From Eutreptiella sp. 'Long Island Sound 2002' (taxonomy: Eukaryota; Protista; Euglenida), in contig OZ038378.1 of NCBI GenBank assembly GCA_964036045.1, positions 181,412,001 to 181,476,000 on the forward strand: 64,000 bases of DNA, read 5' to 3'. The stretch's first letter is position 1. Each line of letters opens with the position of its first letter. The notes below the pieces were generated by a model. That model saw only the letters and a list, made by a program, of their open reading frames with translations, ran no database searches and was not told the DNA's origin. This document shows, one piece after another, positions 60,035 through 64,000 of the stretch. A program made the position numbers and the translations under genes.

Positions 60035-60160
60035 ACACTGCCATTTTTTTGCCCAACAAATGGGACGATCACATGCACCCGACCCTTGTAGGCCCCATCA
60101 TGGCCACCCACCTCAAAATCCAAGAATCCCCCTCTTGTGCATGACGGACCACTCAAGTGC
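60035..60160 (-). mobile_element. Second copy of the Harbinger-like transposase fragment
   Basis: GFLDFEVGGHDGAYKGRVHVIVPFVGQKNG is nearly identical to GDFFDFEVGGHDGAYKGRIHVIVPFIGRKNG of the first copy. Confidence 0.75.
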
Positions 60161-63100
60161 CCACACCAAAGAGCGGGAGTCCTTAACTCCAACTTGAGGG
60201 GTCACACCAAAGCGTGGGAAAATTTTGCCCGGCGCACCCGGCGCGTGCCCGGCGCTCTAACGTACTCTCTGAAAGCCCAATCCCTCACAGCCTCCATCAC
60301 CAGCGACGAAAATAGCTCTCGACAGCTCACAGCTCGAACATAGGGATATGCAGACGAGTGCCAAAGGAACACATCGAGGGACATTAAGGAAAAACACCTC
60401 TCTCAGGTACCTGGGACAAGGTCGGAAAAAACAGCCCCAAACTGTGCAGCTTCAGTGCCACTCGGTAAATCATTTGACGAACAACAGATTCAGAGGGAAA
60501 GTAGGCCTCAGCCGTCCAACCAAGAACCAATGGAATCCAGATTTTCAACATATCAATGTGTTCAAGCAACTGCAGTGGCAATAAGGAGACTATCCTCGCC
60601 CCATGGAGGCACTCCCCCACCCCCGCCCACCCCCCCCACCTCAGGGAACCATACTACCACCATCCAGGCACACTGAGGGGCACAGAAATTGCGGCAGAAA
60701 ACGAAGTAACAAACCATAAAGAAATTTGGTGTGCAGAGCTTGTCACAGTCAACACACAACACACAGTGACAAATGAAAGCAAGTATTGCAACAATATGAA
60801 AATCATGCGTGCACTCAATGGGCTGCCAATGTAATGAAATTTACTCCTTGTGGCTCGGGATAAAAGTTCTTCTTCCTGTTCCATTTGACCTTGAATTCCT
60901 GAACATGCTCTCCACTTTCCACAGGGATGTTCCATTTCACCGAAAGTACTTCAGAGAGTCCTGCCAAAGTACAAGGGATACATGTCGTAGCCAAAGACTT
61001 CTACAAGACTTCCAAAACATGGGTTAGCAGGAACCGTGGATATGGCTCCGAACAGGGCCAGCTGGCCCAGCGGTGGCCAACTTTACCATGCCCTGCCCAC
61101 TGAAAATGTGGATGAGGAGGCTGGGGCGGGGGGGGGGGGGGGGACGGGCAGGCTTGACTGCATTTGGCACAGCATAATCCTACAACCACTCTTGAGACCC
61201 GTTGCAGCAGAATTGCTCTGCAACATTACAACAGCATCATGGAGGAATGTGTGCATGATGCATGATGCACCACATGCATCTACAAGTATCATCAGCTGCG
61301 AAAGGACAGCAAAACAAAGGAATACGTCTCCTAAAATTAAATGTGGTGTGTAGGAAAAAACTGCAGTAGACCAGAGGGTGATGGAAGGGGGCAGCAAAAG
61401 CAGGAGACAAGTGCAGTCTCACCGCTAGCTTCAAAACAGGCGAAGTCCAGAAGCCACGGCTCCCAGTTACGTGACCACCACTTGAAATGGCTTGCACTCC
61501 GAAGCACAACGCAGTGATGGGCAGCAACGAGTCTGACAGCCCCTCTTTCCTTGTCTTCCCACACACAGTGGAGTGGGCCCACACTCTTGCAACTTTACAT
61601 TGTGGGCGGTCCCAAAAACGACGTAACACCGGGTCATCGTGCTTAGCCATAATCCGACGATGGCCGTCACCCCCGGTATGCCACCGGCAGGAAATCACTG
61701 TTCTCGTGTCCAGCACACGCGGCGGAGCCGCGGCCACAAATCGTCCATAAGCGGCGAAGCCGCGCTCATGAGTCCAGAAAGGCGGCAAAGCCGCCCTCTC
61801 GTGTGCGCGCACATCCCGTGCGTTGCCCCTACTACCCTGTTGGATAGGGTCTTGTGCTTAGACAAGGTGGTGCTTGTGCAACAGGGCGGGAGGGTTACGT
61901 GTTTGATAGTATAGCACAATGTGCAGGCAGTGGTCGAGGGAGACTGTCACTGCATGCATGTAATTGCAAAGCTCTGCAAAGCACAACATTCTGCGCTAGT
62001 CTTGTGGAAGGGCCCCAGGTAAAACAGACAACGGGAAAGTGTTTAATTGGTGGGGGGGGGGGGGTCAGGTCAGAGCCAGCAACGTTTGGCACTGGGTGTG
62101 CAGCCTGAGTCAAAAGACACCAGAGCAAACCGGCAGTCCGGAGGAAACTGCGATGCTGGCAACGCAAGTGCTGACGCACTGCTGAGTCCATTGTCTATTG
62201 GTGCACTGGGCAGTGCCAGGCCCATGGGCAACCCAAAGCCAAAGCCAACTCACATCTCCCCGTCCCTGTCTTCTGCATCCTCCACTACTGTCACCCTGGC
62301 GCCGAAACCAGCCCCAGGGCTCGTAATTCAAAGTGAAGCGGCCACGCTATGGAAAATGCCAGAGAAGACACATGACTTTCCCAATGTTTCCTAGTCTGTC
62401 CTATACCGCGACCGACAAGTGGTGCTGGCAGAAGGAGCACAAGAAGGAGGCATTTGCTATGCGGAGGCCTTGCATGCCCACTTTTGACACAGGGCCCGGC
62501 ATCAAAGCCCTAAAGATGCCCTCTGAAAAAAATTCACCAAAAGGTGTGGAAAGGCTGTGCCAATTGTGCCAATCTGCCAATCGATTGACGCCGGCACATC
62601 CTTACGGCAACATATTCATGAAAAAGCATGAACCCCCCTGTCGTCGGATAGTGTTTGAGGACCAAAAAGCGCCGTGTGACGTGGGTGGTCGTTGGGACAA
62701 GGCCGTGAGGTACCCAGAAGCCCTCCGGAACAATTTTTCTCCAGCCCATTGCACCACACCCCCACACTGTTCACCTGCACCACACAAGCATGCCCTGTAC
62801 ACAGGGTGTGAAATGCTGAGGCTGGGTAGCATGGCGGCAATCGACATCGCGCAACCAAATGGGCTCCAAAGGGCCCTCCAGGGCGTCATGGCACTCGCCG
62901 CCTGGGCCCAAGGGTGTAGGTTCGAAACCCTTGGATGTCCAACTCCTACAATAGCTCCAGTCTCGCCCCGTCAACCACTTTTTATCGTGAGAGTGCTCTG
63001 AAGCCTTACAAAATTTTCATTCTGCTTCATCCACTGTTCATTCTTGCTGATTTTACAATGATGTGGAAAGTTGAGAATGTTTGATAATTTGACATCAATC

Positions 63101-63579
63101 AATTTTTCTCTGGCCTCCGTTGGACAGACGCAACGTAGGAACGCGACAGGAGTCCACGGAGTCGTGCTGCCATGTCCAGAAAAAACCAAAACCACGTCTA
63201 ATTCAGGCCAGAGCACCAGCGGCTGCCCAGACACAACAAGAGGTATGTCTAGCACGTTCCATGCCATACGCACCCAACCCTCAGCAATAGCCCTCCAACT
63301 TCATGCCCTGTACCGCACATGGCATTCCATCAGCCCCAAACAGCATCCAAATAACATTCCGTTTGTCACACAAATGTGGCCTTGCATGCACATCTCTCTG
63401 TCGCGCAGCTGCCAGGGGTCAAACATATGCCCCACAGACAAAAAGACAAGGCTTTAAAAAGCGCCGGGGGTGGTTGTTATGCAAGGCAGTCATTGCACAA
63501 GGGCCGCAGTTCATTTTGACCCACCATCAGCATTCTTGCGTACCTTACCATACCGTTGAAATGCGTCATAAAGAATGGA

Positions 63580-63890
63580 AAATGGGGACAATGGTTGAAA
63601 GGATTCAACCTGTCGGCCCGGAAGATTGGGGCCCAAAAGAGGGCGGAAATGCTACGTCACCCCTGCATTCTCGGAGGTCCCCAACAAAGGGGACAAAATC
63701 AGAAATCAAAACCTACGCTAGGGGTCACCATGATGCTCCTAGTATCTCAAAGTATGGGTCTCTAGTACAGCCAGACACCCAAATAGGTGCACTGCGCTAA
63801 GTGCGCCCCCTTAGTGCACCCCCTAGAAGGGCACCGGTGGGGCACGGGTCACAAAAGATACCAAGCGCTCAAACGTTCCCCCAAGGCCTT
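63580..63890 (+). repeat. Member of the minisatellite-bearing repeat family also seen at 59280-59590
   Basis: caccggtggggcacgggtcacaaaagat...aacgttccccc matches 59282-59332; one ~53-bp unit at about 63650. Confidence 0.65.
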
Positions 63891-64000
63891 GTGCAAGGGG
63901 GGTGAGGGGGGGCACCAAGCGAGGATGAGCTGAATCTGTTACCAGGAAATGCAGCGGGAACCGCCACGCCCATAGGCATTGATCTCGGTATGCTGCTAGA

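Noticed and set aside
60384-63400. Degenerate LINE reverse transcriptase (similar hints at 27285-27740)
   Set aside because: Only vague resemblance; no YxDD or QGxPLSP motif could be read in any frame. A tBLASTn/HMM search is needed.
1-64000. Euglenid non-conventional (non GT-AG) introns
   Set aside because: Every intron I could resolve is GT-AG. Unresolved linkers might contain them, but the sequence alone gave no supportable example.

Overview
Eukaryotic nuclear DNA: intron-rich, very repeat-rich, GC-rich exons, many long G/C runs. No searches were run; all calls come from manual translation, splice-phase checking and motif recall. A euglenid-type plastid presequence on the DnaJ protein suggests a phototrophic euglenid (inference). 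All resolvable genes lie on the minus strand with canonical GT-AG introns. (1) An alpha/beta-hydrolase gene with a near-identical internal domain duplication and a C-terminal ubiquitin-like domain (1.0-3.6 kb), with an orphan WW exon upstream. (2) A two-exon F-box/LRR gene (11.4-12.9 kb). (3) An apparently intronless J-domain protein with a bipartite presequence and 12-aa repeats (20.2-22.3 kb). (4) The most notable feature, hidden from the ORF track because it is split into small exons: three tandem zf-CW + ARID modules across 29.2-52.1 kb, joined within each module by phase-compatible splice sites and probably forming one chromatin-reader gene. The rest is a mosaic of a tRNA-derived SINE with TSD, a TA-flanked MITE with perfect TIRs, RNase H-bearing LINE remnants, Harbinger-like transposase and adenine-methylase fragments, minisatellites and microsatellites.
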